Shown piece after piece: positions 11,546-24,915 of a stretch of 64,000 nt of DNA. Numbering within the stretch: position 1 is the stretch's first letter; every line of letters begins with the position of its first letter. Made by a program: the position numbers and the translations under genes. This DNA is from Camelus ferus (taxonomy: Eukaryota): NCBI RefSeq assembly GCF_009834535.1, contig NC_045697.1, forward strand, positions 36,892,001 to 36,956,000, read 5' to 3'. Below the pieces are notes generated by a model. That model made no database searches, was not told the DNA's origin, and saw only the letters and a list, made by a program, of their open reading frames with translations.

Positions 11546-14500
11546 TTATTCACCATTTGCTTGGAAAATGCAATGAGAACACACACACGCAAATTGGTAT
11601 TTGTAGACCTGCCTTTGTAATTTAAAATGTTAATCAAATGTAAATTTTTTCTGTACAAAATTCATGAATGTTCATCTCTAGGCTGCATTGTGTCCAACCT
11701 TGTTGGAGTCCTTTTTCAATTTTCTTAGTATGAAAAGTCCCTCATTGTCCATTTCTCTTCCATCTCACCACCACCAAAGAAAATACATTTGACAATCATA
11801 ATTAGAATACTGTCAGTAAAATGTAAAATAATTTTAATTTAGAAAACAACACACCCCTTGCTTTTTTTTTTTTTTTTTAACAAAATCAATTTTTTGGGTT
11901 CCAAGCTATTCATTAGGAAGAGAATGTGTTTAATCTGATGTGAAGTTGGCTACCCAGCAGTCTAGTCAGACTGGAGAATGTTTAACTCTGGGTCTGGTAG
12001 GCTGCCAGCCATTCTAAATGTTTTCACATGCACCAGCAACAAATAATTAAATGTTTAAGTCACAGTTCTCAGGTTGGGCAGTAGACAGAGCTGAAATTTT
12101 ATCACTTAAGAGACAAGGAATTTGGTGGGGTTTTTTGGGCTTTTTCCCCCTTTGTTTTTTTTGTTTTTGTTTTGTTTTGTTTCAACAATTTGCCTTTAGG
12201 TGTTCAAGGCATAGATGATAGTCTTTCAGTTGCAAAGAATCAATTTTGATAATGCTTTCTGGACTTCAAATGATAACTTTTAGGAATTTTTTTTAACACC
12301 TATATTTGCAAAAAGGAAAATTCTATTTATAGTATTTACTGCAGGAAAGACCCCCACATGAGCTCTATCACTAACAATCCATGAACGTAGATAAATGAGA
12401 GTCCATTATAAGGTTACAATAGGAAGGGACAATGTCATCATAATTGAGAAAAAAATTTCAAAATACATATACGCTCTCCTTCACTCTCCTCCCAATTCTA
12501 ATGGGGGGAGAGTACAGCCAAGTGTATTTGAAAAAAACCAAAAAACAAAAAACTCCCCAGGATTTCAAGGCACATTCCCACTGGGCACCTTTGGGGTTTC
12601 TTTCAGCTCGGAGATTCTACCTTTTTAAAAATGGATGGGGGGTATATGGCTAAAGGGCAAGACTTAGTGCTGACAAAACTGGAAAAGAAGACAGAACTTT
12701 CCTACACACACTTTCTGCAAAGCTCTTTCCTGATGCAGCCTAACTGTTGATGCTTTTGATAGTATTTAAATACCATGTATTTATAAATCACCTAACTAAT
12801 CTTTGCTCTAAGCAGCAGATAGAAGAAATATTGGTCAGACAATCTGGGCAGAATGGTTGATCTCTCACACTTGCATTCTTTTACAAAAATACCTTCCAGC
12901 AGGTATGGTATGTTACAAACAGAAGACTATAAACAGCTGAATCTTCAGAGTTCATAAATCTTAGAATACCTCCGGTAAATTTTACCTGTCTTTGGAAAAT
13001 AATTTCATGAGTTTTTGTTACATGTTTAATGCTCAGAATAAAGCTGTATCACTTGTTTTATGTACATGAATGGAATAGGTTTGCCTACCTCTTCAGGTTA
13101 AGCTTTCCAAGCATAAGTTTAAAGTAATTTAAAAGTCAGTTTCAATAGATTAATTCCAATTTGAAAAAAAATGCTCTCAATATATAGCATAAAAATATTA
13201 GTATATGTCTCATTACCTTTTACCTATAATACAATTTAAATTTAAGATTATACCATGGAAGAATGGTATCATTAACGTAGAAACCATTGACAAATACAGC
13301 CAAAAATACCAGGTCAAAAATACAAATTCACCCTGTATTTTCTGACTTTAGTCTTTAAAGCTCCAGTTAATTAATTTTAAATGCTTTTTAAAATTACAGG
13401 AGAAAAAAACAAGTACAAATGTACCAAGATTTTGGGATGTAAGATAAAAATTCTTCCCACATTTAGTCTGGAAGTTGGGATCTTAACCATGAAGCACAGT
13501 ACCTGCTGAGCATCTTTGGGAGAAAAATCTACTGAAGAGAACTATAAATAAAGGAATTAAAGATTCCACTTTCAGATGTTTTTATAAATTTCATATTTGC
13601 CACTGCTAGCAAAATGCCTCTTCAATTTTTGCTTCTTGCCCAGATCATACAACATTAAAGGATGGATAATTTAGACTTTTATTTTGCTGAAGTTATTAAT
13701 AAATTATTTTGACAGAAACAGCCATTTTTCATCTCTGAATAATGCAGGCTTCTTCTTTTAACACTTGAGATGCTTCCTTTGTGATCAGATTTTAATTTCC
13801 CCAAACTTGTGTAGTAATTTTTTTCATAGTTTCTAGTATATTATTTTTGACATTTCTAATTTAAAATGTCTAAAAACTCTTCAGATTGTATCAGTGCAGT
13901 ATTTTTGCTTTGATTTAAAAACAAACATAACAAAACTACAAGCCTGTTTGATCAATGTAAACCACTAAAGGGATATGACTGTGCCACAAATGTATCCTTT
14001 AATACCTTCAGATACTATAATGTAAGTAAATCACTTCACTGATTCAAGACATGTCAAGTTGGATTCTCCTTCCATTCACAGCAGAACATTTGAGGGCTTT
14101 TTTTTTTTTTTTTTTAAAGTAAGACGACAGTGTCTGGATTCTTGAATATGATACAAAGTAAGGAACATATAGCTAAAACCTTCCATTTCATCGAGTTAAC
14201 ATCTTCCACATCTAGAGACATACAAACAATATTTGAATATGCTAGTCCTTACAATCATCCACAGGGTATCCTTTAAGGACAACTTAAGGTCATAAGCTAT
14301 AGAAAGTCTAGCCTCAGTCATGCTCTAGAAAGGACTCAAAAAGAGATTTAGGGGTGAGAGAGAACCATCTCTTTGCCACTTCAGAAGAGTTTCACACTTT
14401 GTAAAATGGCCCTATATTAGTCAATGAGGTAATCTATGGTATGCCAGACTGGGCTCCAAAAAGTGGGTGGTCTTTGCAGAGGGAGGTGCTCACTCACTCT

Positions 14501-14553
14501 ACCTCTGGCCAGAGCCAGTTCCTGCAGCTGGACCGAAGAAGGCAGCCCACAGA

Positions 14554-14700
14554 CTACACTCGGCACATTTCTTCATTTCTCACTTGAGTGCCCTTCTTTA
14601 GTTCCCTTTCAACTGCCCACTTTATATCGGCTTCATTACACCACCGCTCCATTTGTAATGTAAATTGGAAAACTCGGGGAAGTTTTTCTTTTGGCCTTGT
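14554..14700 (-). other. Candidate alternative terminal coding exon of CHIC2 (48 aa + TAG)
   Basis: Acceptor gtattcttctgtag (ct 14701-14702), then a phase-0 open frame TRPKEKLPRVFQFTLQMERWCNEADIKWAVERELKKGTQVRNEEMCRV*. Purine-rich with retained CpGs in an AT-rich background. Confidence 0.3.
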
Positions 14701-17700
14701 CTACAGAAGAATACGGAGTGGTATTCAAAACGTATTAACACAAATCAATGGCACCAATAAAAGCAAAATCTCCTTAGCAACATAATCTTGATTGCAAAAG
14801 GAGAACTGAGAGCATTTAGCAGAACAGTGGCCCACATGGAATACGCATTTGTCTGGAAGAATCCAGCACAAAGCCTAAAAGAGAGATTTTGAAAAAATCC
14901 AAAATTAACTCACAGGGAACAGTTACTCTTTTTTTCAAAAGTACACAATTGGTTACATTAAATCTATCGTGTGCTTTTGGCTCAGCAACATTGTATCACA
15001 CCGCTTTGCAAACTGAAATTACAACACCCTGCATGCTTCACATGAGTTACAGGGTGTTTTTTGTTTGTTTTGTTTTTTTGGGTTTTTTTTTTTTCCCTTC
15101 GTTGATTTCTTTAGTAAAGCAAACAAAAAAGTCTTAAGAAATATTCATCTCACACACAATGTAAAGAAAACTGAATGGCCATCTAACAATATCTAAGACT
15201 GTAGGTACAAAAGGTTGGACTATCTTTTGGGCTTTCTGTGATGGATTCTACGATAGTAACTTCTACAAGCAGTAATGGCATTTTTGCTTAGGTTTCCAAC
15301 TGTGGAAAGGGAAACTTAATATACTTCTGAGAACTCTCACATTTTTCTTGTCAGGAAGAAAAAAAAAGTGAATAAAAGAATAGAAATTCAGAAAATAAAT
15401 CAATCCTTTTAAAACTACAATACTGAGATGATTCAAGGAAAAAAAATAATCCACGAACACAAATTTCCCTTAGTTTTTAAATGTTTTGAATAGAATCAAT
15501 TGTCATTTTGTACTTTTACTAAAACAATCCAGGTGATGGAGTATAAATGCATCTTAACTGCCTACTGCAAAAAGATATCTTAGTGAACTGAGTTACAATT
15601 ACTTTATTTTAGAATTATGTGTATGTATACACGCACATACATTTTTCCATATATATGGAACTACTTTTTAAAGGTTTGCACTAGAATCTGGGTCAATCAA
15701 ATCAAATGAAAAAAAAAAAGTTTATATGATAAATAGTCATTTCATACAATGCAATAGATAAACTTCAGCTAAATACTGCTAAATATGTGTATTTGCAGGG
15801 ATCATGATTAGAATTATTTCTGTTTCCTCCTGAAAACTTAAAAACCAATGCTAAGCCTAAAAAGGATAATCAAGAACTCTATGTAATATAGCTCTACTGG
15901 CTTTTTAAATTTAGGGAAAACTTAAGATCTCTAGAGGGAAAAAAGGTAGTATGTAAGTTGTATTTTTTCCTCTTCTTTTTTCTAACTATAAAGTGAGTTC
16001 ATGAACACAATAATATAAAATTTTCTTTTATAAGTGTATTGCTTATAGCTCCTAAACTCATATTTATAATGTCAGATGTTTTATTCCCAGAAATTTGTAC
16101 AGGTCATGTTTATAGAAGAAATATGTTTGTGTGTTCATTCACATGGTCATTTCAATAGATGTGATTAAGTTTGGTCAATTTCCTTTAAAGTGATTTGATT
16201 TCTAAATTTTAGACTCCCTTTTCCAATGTCACCTAAATTAGCTTAAAAGTTTACTTAACATATTATAGTCTTTAGAGACCAAATGCTGTGAATTAGCTCA
16301 TATTTCGGTTTTGAGCATAAAATCATGTGCTGAAGTCCTGTGTTACAGCAGAGTAACAATAAAAACTCAACTAGGCAAAGCAACAAAAACTCAACTAGAT
16401 AAAGTAAAATTAAAAAAAAAAAAAAAATCCCCTAGCTCCATTTGTTTACTGGAAAAACCATGTCAAAGAAGACTTAATTTTATAAGACTAAATAAATATA
16501 CTGCAACCAACAATGGACAAAAAGCCACCTTAAATACATATTTTTTCATAACTATAAAGGCAAACAAATTTTTATCTAACCAAAGGGAAAATCTCATCTT
16601 AACAAAAACATGGTACTTGTTTGGCAATGGCTTTAATTTCTTAATAATGAAAGAAAAATATAATACATACCTTTAAAATTCAACTGTGTATTTTACTAAA
16701 TTACTTCCATTTTTCTGGATTGAATTAAATTTATTTATGTAACAAACACTGGATATCTGCTATGTGCCAGGTCCTGAGATGGTGCAACTTTCTTTTTTTT
16801 AATGTTAGCAGACTTACCTAGATGTAATTAGAATTATCTGAAAGTATGATTAATAGGGACCCTGATCTTGGGTCTGCATAATTGCTCATCCATCAGAAAT
16901 TTCTGATGAATTACTTTATTTGAAAACTACTCCATGCTCATCAAAAACATAGGAACAAATTCCTAAAATCCTTTATTTGGTACTTTTCAGATTGTTTAAT
17001 TATCACACTTAAAACTATAAAAGATAAATCAAAGAATACTGTATTCAAGGTGGTCTCTTTTATTATCTTCTCAAAAGGACATGATAGAAGAAGAAAACTC
17101 TAGAGTAATATTTTGCTTTAAAAAATAATTTCTATCGTAATACATAAAGAATGCATAAAAGGAAGTATAAAGCCACGTGCAATTCCTGGCCATTGCATAA
17201 CCTTCACCTTCGTAAATCAAAGTGTAGGGCAGCAATGCAGTTATTTCTCTCAGCCAGCATGTTACTTTCAGTCATGTCTACCGTGCTTCCACTGCCACTG
17301 GAATGCTTAACTTTCCTGAGAGGGCAAAATGTCATAGCGCTAACAAATGTAAAAAGAAATAGACACGTTAAAAGGGCTTTGATAACTTTAGTTAAAACAA
17401 ACTCATGTTTATGAAGACTTCGTGGCAATGCAATGAGACTGTTGTAATTATCCAATTAAATAAGCTGCTATGAAGAGAAGGAAGAGGAAGTGGTCTTTAA
17501 TTTGTACAAAAGGTTTCTTGAGGAAATAGAATGCTCTTTCCTTCTAAAACATTTTAAATCTATGTAGCATTTATATTGAGAAAGAATTGAACCAGTTTTA
17601 TTAAATTAAGAATCAGTAGGTAAAATAACAGGAGAGAAAAAATCTGCAGTTTGAGGAGACATTATGGTCCAACAGACAGGAGCACTGAAAATTTACTTAT

Positions 17701-20700
17701 CTAGTCTTGAAGGTTGGGTGACATTGTCTCTTTAAAAAAAAAAGACTAGACAGCTCATCTGCCAAAATTAAGAATTACCTGGTATAGTTAGTTCACTGAA
17801 ATATTTCTGAGATAAAGAGCTAGGGAAACAACATACCGTCTATTTTTCATGAAGAGAAAAAAGCAGTCAACTCTCAAATTCAGAGCACCATGTTTATGAA
17901 GTAGAGGAAATGTTAAAAACAAACCAAAAAAGGGCATGATTTTGCTTACATATCAGAGATGTGACTATATTTTAAAAGCTTTTATTAAAAAGAAACTTTT
18001 CTCAAGTATTCTATTTAATGTTTACCTGATTTTTAAGCATGCAAAACTTAATTTTAAGTACATATAGGGAGTACTCTTAAATTTTAAATGCAAAATTTGA
18101 TAACTCAAGTTTCTGCTGATATTGTAAATAAGTCAAAAAAGCCACTCAACCATTACTGTTGAACATCTAGCTACTTAATTCTGTATAGCACTTAATGAAT
18201 AACAGTAAAATAAATGATTTAAAAATATGAGGTAGTCATAGTATCCTCCTTCTGTGAAAATGAGAAGCAAAGAGGCCAAGTAACTTGGTGATCTTGCAGA
18301 ACATCAGAAATCAATCCAAATTCAGAATTAGCAATCTGAATTTCTGTTTTCAGAACTGTCTATTAAGGCTACAACCTGTTGTTTCAATTTAGCATGGGAT
18401 GGGTTGAGGGGGTGACTGCTCCCTATAACAGAAACCAGTACACAGAATTATGACTAATAATGTAAATAATATTTATGTTTCTCTTAAATTACCTAAAAAT
18501 CTTTGTAAATGTACAGAACAAGATAACTCAAGATTTAAAGACAAATCTTCAAATCTCAATTTATATACAGTAGTTCCTAAAAAACAAGATAAAGTAGGCT
18601 ATTGTATCTATAAGAAATTAGGAGTTGCTTTATTTATTTTAAAAGAGTATTTATTTAAACATAAACTATTATGGATAACTAATAGTTTGATCTGGGATTG
18701 GTCTTAAGCCGATTCTTTCTGCCCTAATGCTAGACATAAATCAGATTTCTTCAGAAATACTGGTTTGAGAAGCCCCATATGCAACCATCCTATTACTCCC
18801 TTCCTGTAAAGAGTGGACTGTAAAGTAGGGTCTGTTGAAAAGGAAAACACAAACTGTACCACTGCACCAATTGGAAATTTAAGTTAAGAAATTCCCTTTT
18901 AAAGATGAAAGTACCACTTAAGCAGAATTCAGAATGTCAGCCATTCATCACTTAATGTGACTGACTCACATTAACTGGCCTCCTAAACACCTAGCTAAGA
19001 ATGCAAAAACATTAACATTCTTACTGGGAGCTTTGGGGAAGGAAGACAGAAAGGCAATTCTAAACTATGTCCACGCCTGGGTGAAGACTCTGGAGATCAA
19101 GAGGGCAACAAAAGAACCCACAGTGCTTCAGTGGGATAGGAGAAGGAAAGAGTCCAGGACTAGATGCTGAAATTCCATCAAAGACAGTTTTAAAACATAT
19201 GTACTTCTGATTTAGTATACTGACCAATAGCTGAGCCAAAGCAAATATTTACAGTAAAACATCAGGCAAGCAGCTAATAGTCATAATCGCGAAGAAAATA
19301 CCATGAAAGTTCAAACAGTCTGTATACAGAATATTAAATAACACTAGTATAGTTTGAACTCATGCAACTATGGGTCTCACTGTATTTTACTACTTAATAT
19401 CATTTTTCTATAACCAAAGACAGATATGGAATGTGTCAAGTTTTTATATGGTCAGCTTGTGTCCACTAACATAAAGAAGCAATCAGAAGCTCTCTACAAA
19501 TAACACTGAAAATGCAACCATGGAGCAAGTTGTGGTTCTTCCTGATTTAAAATCATTCAATTACAAAACTAGGTTTTTCTAGTAAGGAAAGGAAATTGTT
19601 TACTGGTATTTAAGGTTTGAACACTTTTTGATTTTAGGCCAAAACACACGTTCGTATTTTAAATGGATAAAACCTAGTCACTAAAGAGTCTTAATAAAGC
19701 ATCTGATGACCATTTTATATAGGTAAGGTGACCATCTTGTGAGAGAGGGGCATATCTACCTTAAAAGCTAAATATGTCAATTCAGTTTTACTATAGTCAT
19801 TAGGTTTTGGAGTATATATTTTAACTCAGATATACAAGAGTCATGTACTAAAATATAATAGGGTCTGCAAAGTGCATTATTTGATAAAGGAATGTTTCTA
19901 CACAAGAATCCTAGACTAATTGCAAAACACCAGTAACATAAGAACAAAGATCATAAGTTTTTCACATAGCCCACGTAAAATCCGCAATTAGATTTTCTGC
20001 TGACAATACCTATTCTTGGACAGTTTTATAAGTATGGTTCAAGTCTCACAAACTTGTAAGTCAGAAAACAGTAACTGAAGAGCAATCATCATTTCAAACA
20101 TTTCCTTTGAACTAATGTTCACATAGCACAGGCATCTCTGACATTTCTAATTTCCAGTAACATGGGCACTTAAATTTATGATTCAAGAAAGGATAAACCA
20201 GAGTGCTTACGCTGGCAGCTACTAATGAAATCCCAAGTATAGAAATCTAACCTCTCAAAGCGTGACTGGATTATGGTAATGCCACATATTAAGCATTCAC
20301 AGCTCTTTTCTACACATTCGTTAGAAATATAAGTGTGCCCAATTCTAGGGAATCTTTAAGCAACTGATATACTTCTCAATAAAATTAGAAAAGCTTTTTA
20401 AAATCCTGTACTTAACATTATCAAGTATGAAAATCATCTTTTTGTTAAAAATATTCTGGGAACATAATGTTAAAATTACAATTTACAGAATAATAATAAG
20501 AGAAAAAAAAATGCCTAAATAGATGTAGTTCTTCCTTTAAAGCTGATTAGTATGGTGCTCGCTCAGTTCACAAAACTTTAGATTTGGAAACCTGTGCCGC
20601 ATAGTCTGCAGTCATGTTATTCTGCTCGTTATAAATCCTGAGGCAGAATTAGCATCCTTCATACAACAATGCTACATCACACTGAAACCACAGAGGAACA

Positions 20701-22109
20701 CTAGAGTCTGAACAGTGTTATCTTTTAATTGCACTACTTTAAGGAGACAGGATACACCCAAGATACACCGTAAATAAAGTGAGAAGTGTTTGAATTCTTG
20801 GTACTTTGAGCTTTTCAAAGGAAAAGTGTTTTATAAATTCAAGTTGGTAAGTGTCTTGCTGGGCAATGGAAACAAATAAATCTCAGACCAAAAAAAAAAA
20901 AAAAAAAAAAAGAAACTTAGTTTTCTTAGTTTTTAAAATAGTTCCTAATGTCTGATATAGGATATAAGATACTGGCATTCAACTATTCAAATTTTTATAG
21001 AATTACAGTACTTTGGAGAAGTACAAAGAAATACTTTTTAAAAATACAGATATATATAAATTAATGAAACTGGTATTTAAAAGGTTTAATAAAGGGAAAA
21101 AAGGTATTATATAGTGGTACCAATTCTTAATACAAATTAGCATAGTTTATATAATTTCAAAAGTTATTCACATTATTGCTCGATACCACAGTCGTATGGA
21201 ACAAGTTCTTGACACACATAAAATTTGTATAATTCCAGGTTTATAAAAACAAAAATTTACAGATAGGCCATTCAGAAATTTAGAAAGTTTTAAAATGCAT
21301 GGAGATATGTACAACCAAAAGGAGAAAAAAATGTATGTTTGTATATATTTTAAAGAAATAAGCTGATCTGATTCAAACTTAGATGTTACAATCTCAATCA
21401 AAAAAGTATACATAACTGGACTGAAAGCAAACTAGTGGATAAAAACAGTACTAAATATGTCCTCTATTTTTTTTTAGCAATAATCTGTTTTTAAATATGA
21501 ATGGGGTATTAAACACCAGCTTACTGTAATTCTAGAACTTTAGCTTTCTTTCAAAAACTTTTCAGAAACATATGCCCATTCTACAATTGTGTTAAATTGG
21601 GAGAAATATTTTCCTTAGAATTTTTAAGGGAATATTTTTATACTTCTGTATATAAGATTTGATAAACAATAGAAAGTAACCAAATAAGGCCATTATTAAT
21701 ACCATCTTGATCAAAAATATACAGATTGTAATGCTACTATATTTTGTGATCCTGAGCTCCAGTAACCATTAGATGCATGCATATCATTCACTGATTTGTA
21801 TATTCTAATGAAAATAATTTAATTCTGCCTTGCTACTTTTGAAGACAGAAATACTTTCAAAACTTTTTGACAGGTCTTCATAACGTTACAGATATTTCTG
21901 TTGTAAACAGAGCATTAGGAATTGTATGAGAAAGAATGCGTTAGGTTTCAAAAAGCTATCAAAGAAAACTATTTAAAAATAATAACTACATTAAATTTTA
22001 AAAGCAAGAAAAATAATGCAAAGAGTGTGCTTGCTAGAATATATAAGTAGAGCCTTACAAAGGTCTTTTTCTATATTAAGGAATTAATAAATAAAGGACT
22101 CTGTGTACC

Positions 22110-22439
22110 TTGGTGGTAAAATAAAAAAGGCTAGCCATGTTTTATGCTAAGTTCAAATGTATTTTTTTGATAATACAAAAAAGTAATCCTTAAAATCAGA
22201 ATACATAACAGAAAAGAGCACAATAACTTAAGTATTAAACATCTGTATGAAATAACTGTTGCAAAGTTTGACAAAAATGCACACTTAGAACATGCGGTTA
22301 TTGAAAAAAAAAAAAAAAACCAGAAAAAAACACCACACGATTCTGTAGAACCAATGTTATGTCACCACCAGGAGAGCACCAAGCAAGGCACCATTGGAAA
22401 GACAACATACTTGGAAAGTCTCTATAAATAAAGTAAATG
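22110..22439 (-). other. CHIC2: CHIC2 proximal 3' UTR with variant poly(A) signals
   Basis: U-rich sequence after the stop. Variant hexamers AAUACA (plus tgtatt 22158-22163) and CAUAAA (tttatg 22141-22146) are followed by U-rich ccttttttatttt. The 3' end is inferred. Confidence 0.55.
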
Positions 22440-22490
22440 CTAATCTGGTCGAAAAATCGGTGTCTTTGGTAAAAATTCTATGAGGATGAC
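22440..22490 (-). CDS. CHIC2: CHIC2 last coding exon 6: VILIEFLPKTPIFRPD-stop(TAG)
   Basis: Strong acceptor ttttttttctccttctacag (ct 22491-22492); TAG at 22440-22442. C-terminus PKTPIFRPD is CHIC2-type (CHIC1 has PKYPIFRPD as I recall). Confidence 0.97.
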   Translation of the reverse strand, partial: VILIEFLPKTPIFRPD

Positions 22491-22639
22491 CTGTAGAAGG
22501 AGAAAAAAAAGTTTTAAAAAGATTTTAAAGGATTTTTATCTTAAAAAAAAATTTCAGTTATATTCCATCACTTAAAATGATTTTGATAGTTCCTCTGACA
22601 AACAGGAGAATGCATGTATGAATGAATGAGAAAAAGGAG

Positions 22640-22830
22640 CTAGCATTTACTGAGGACTAACTACATACCAAGTGTTTCATACTATATACACCTATTTAAT
22701 CTCAACAATTTTTTATAAGGCAAGTATTATCATCCTCATTTTATAGAGAAAACTGATGATCCAAGAAGTATAATATTATGGATTGTGAAATCAGTATTTG
22801 AACAAAGGACTGTCTTACCTCCAAAGCCTT
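22640..22830 (-). mobile_element. MIR SINE
   Basis: agcatttactgagg...tattatcatcctcattttatagagaaaactga. Confidence 0.7.
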
Positions 22831-24848
22831 GCCCCTTCTACTGCCCTATTGTGGTTGCAGTTGACTCAATATTTACTTCTTCAACCTTCTTCCCTTTTAT
22901 CTAAAGCCCAATTCCATTGGTCTTTAAGTTCTTAGACTTACTCTCATTTTACTGTATCAGGATATGTGATCTCTAGACAAAGAGTGTTATCTCTCTCTTT
23001 TTTTTAAACATCCTTTTCTTCTCAGGTTTGCAAATTTAAATGTTAAAATTCATTCCAAAGGACACTTTACTAGGAAACTAAAGGGAACAAAACAAAACAA
23101 AAACAAAACACAGTAACAAAGAAAGACACAAACTGACCAGAGCTAATTTTTATTCCAAACTCAGAACTATCTTAAATTATTATCAATTCTTCCCCATGTC
23201 TTAACTCTGTATGGAACAGATGCCAAAAAAAAAAAAAAATTTTTTTTTTTATTTGAACAGCTTCCAAGTTTGGCGAACTCCTCAATTCTTTTTCAGTAAC
23301 TATGTCTTGAGATGACCTCCAGGTTTGGACACTCTTCTACATTTAGCCATTTGGGCCAGAAACCTTCATTTTCACCCTTCAGTTCTCCTGGCCTTTGATC
23401 TGTCCCAATAAAGAAGGCATTTCGATACATGGCTCAAAAATATTCCTCTCCTAGTGGACTTATCCTGCACTAAGCCTTAGGCACCCTCTTTGCCACTCTC
23501 CTGATCTGTGACTTGCTTACAAAATGTTCACTAGCTTCCTATTCAGCTTCCTTATTTGAGCTAGAGTCTCCTGTTTCTCAGTTTCCTCATCTATAAAATA
23601 AGGGAATTGAACTAGATGAGAAGATTCTTTGCAGCTCTAAAATTTGCTGATTAAATTACATTTACAGTATATACTACATAATGTAAATTAAAGGCTATCT
23701 TTGACTATATTTGAATTACTACTAGTTTTTAAAGAATATATCCTACAAACTTTTTTCCTTTAGAAGCCACACACAGAAACTGACCACTTGTCTGATTTCT
23801 TCTAGATCATACTGCTCTATCATATCTGAATAAAAAGAAAAGTTGGTATCAAGTTAGTATTTTTCAGAGATTGACTCAAATATTCAAAATATAATGGAGG
23901 AACATTATTTTCCTTTAACTAACAAAATAAATTTCTATAAAGAAAAGTTGAGGTCAAATACATGGTAGATTATTTATTACCTTATCTTTTCAAAATTACT
24001 TTTAGGAAGTTTTTAAAATTATGTTTTCCCCCATTCAAATATCACAAATATATATACTCTGAGAAAACTTAGAAAAAATATATTTTAAAGCAATTTTAAT
24101 GTATTTTTAACCTATTCTTCTGGATGTCTTCTATGATGGTGTGAAAAATAATATAATGGCTTTAGCAGAAGTGTTTATGTAAAAATTCATGATAAATTAA
24201 AGGAAACTGTTTTACAAACAGAGCACATGGTTCAGAATGTTTTACAAGGTTAAATTATTTTACTTTTAGCTAATAATAGAAAATCATAAAAATAAACATG
24301 AATATAATGAGCACACTTTATGAATCAATTACATTCATATAGTTCTATCTGGAAATAAAAACACTACGAATAACTTTTGTTTTCTCTTCCAAAGTAAATT
24401 TGGAAATATGCAAAATAAATAAATAAAAAGCCTCCTTTTTAAACTTTGAGCTTATAAATACAGCAAATACTTTTTCACAAAATCTCTTTACATGTCCATC
24501 CCTACTTGCAAAACACCTACTCTCTTATATCTATGATGAAAATATGAGACTAACATTTTTATAAGTCAGTCTCAAAACAAGTTCTTTGTGCTTTTACTAA
24601 AGAAGTATCAAGTGTATTTCTCATCATCATAAATTAACAAGTTTGATATAATAGATAATGATAAAATCTACATTATCTCCTTCTCTGAATAGAGTTATTC
24701 TATGAAAAAAGACATTTTTAAGAAATCTTTTATGTTCAAGGCTAGAAATGGGATTTGACTGTGTGATAATGAAAGAGAAAATGCTACATAGAAAATGATT
24801 TTATGGTAATTTCCAACTATTTAAGCATTGTTTTAATCAATCTTTTAT

Positions 24849-24873
24849 ACACACAACACACACAACACACACA

Positions 24874-24915
<42 letters not shown>
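24849..24915. repeat. Compound interrupted (CA)n(TA)n microsatellite in CHIC2 intron 5
   Basis: acacacaacacacacaacac...cacacatatatatatata. Confidence 0.95.

Noticed and set aside
14680..14700. Resemblance of the candidate exon start (TRPKEKL) to exon 4 (TRRSIEKL), suggesting exon duplication
   Set aside because: Nucleotide similarity is negligible beyond the first codon; probably coincidence.
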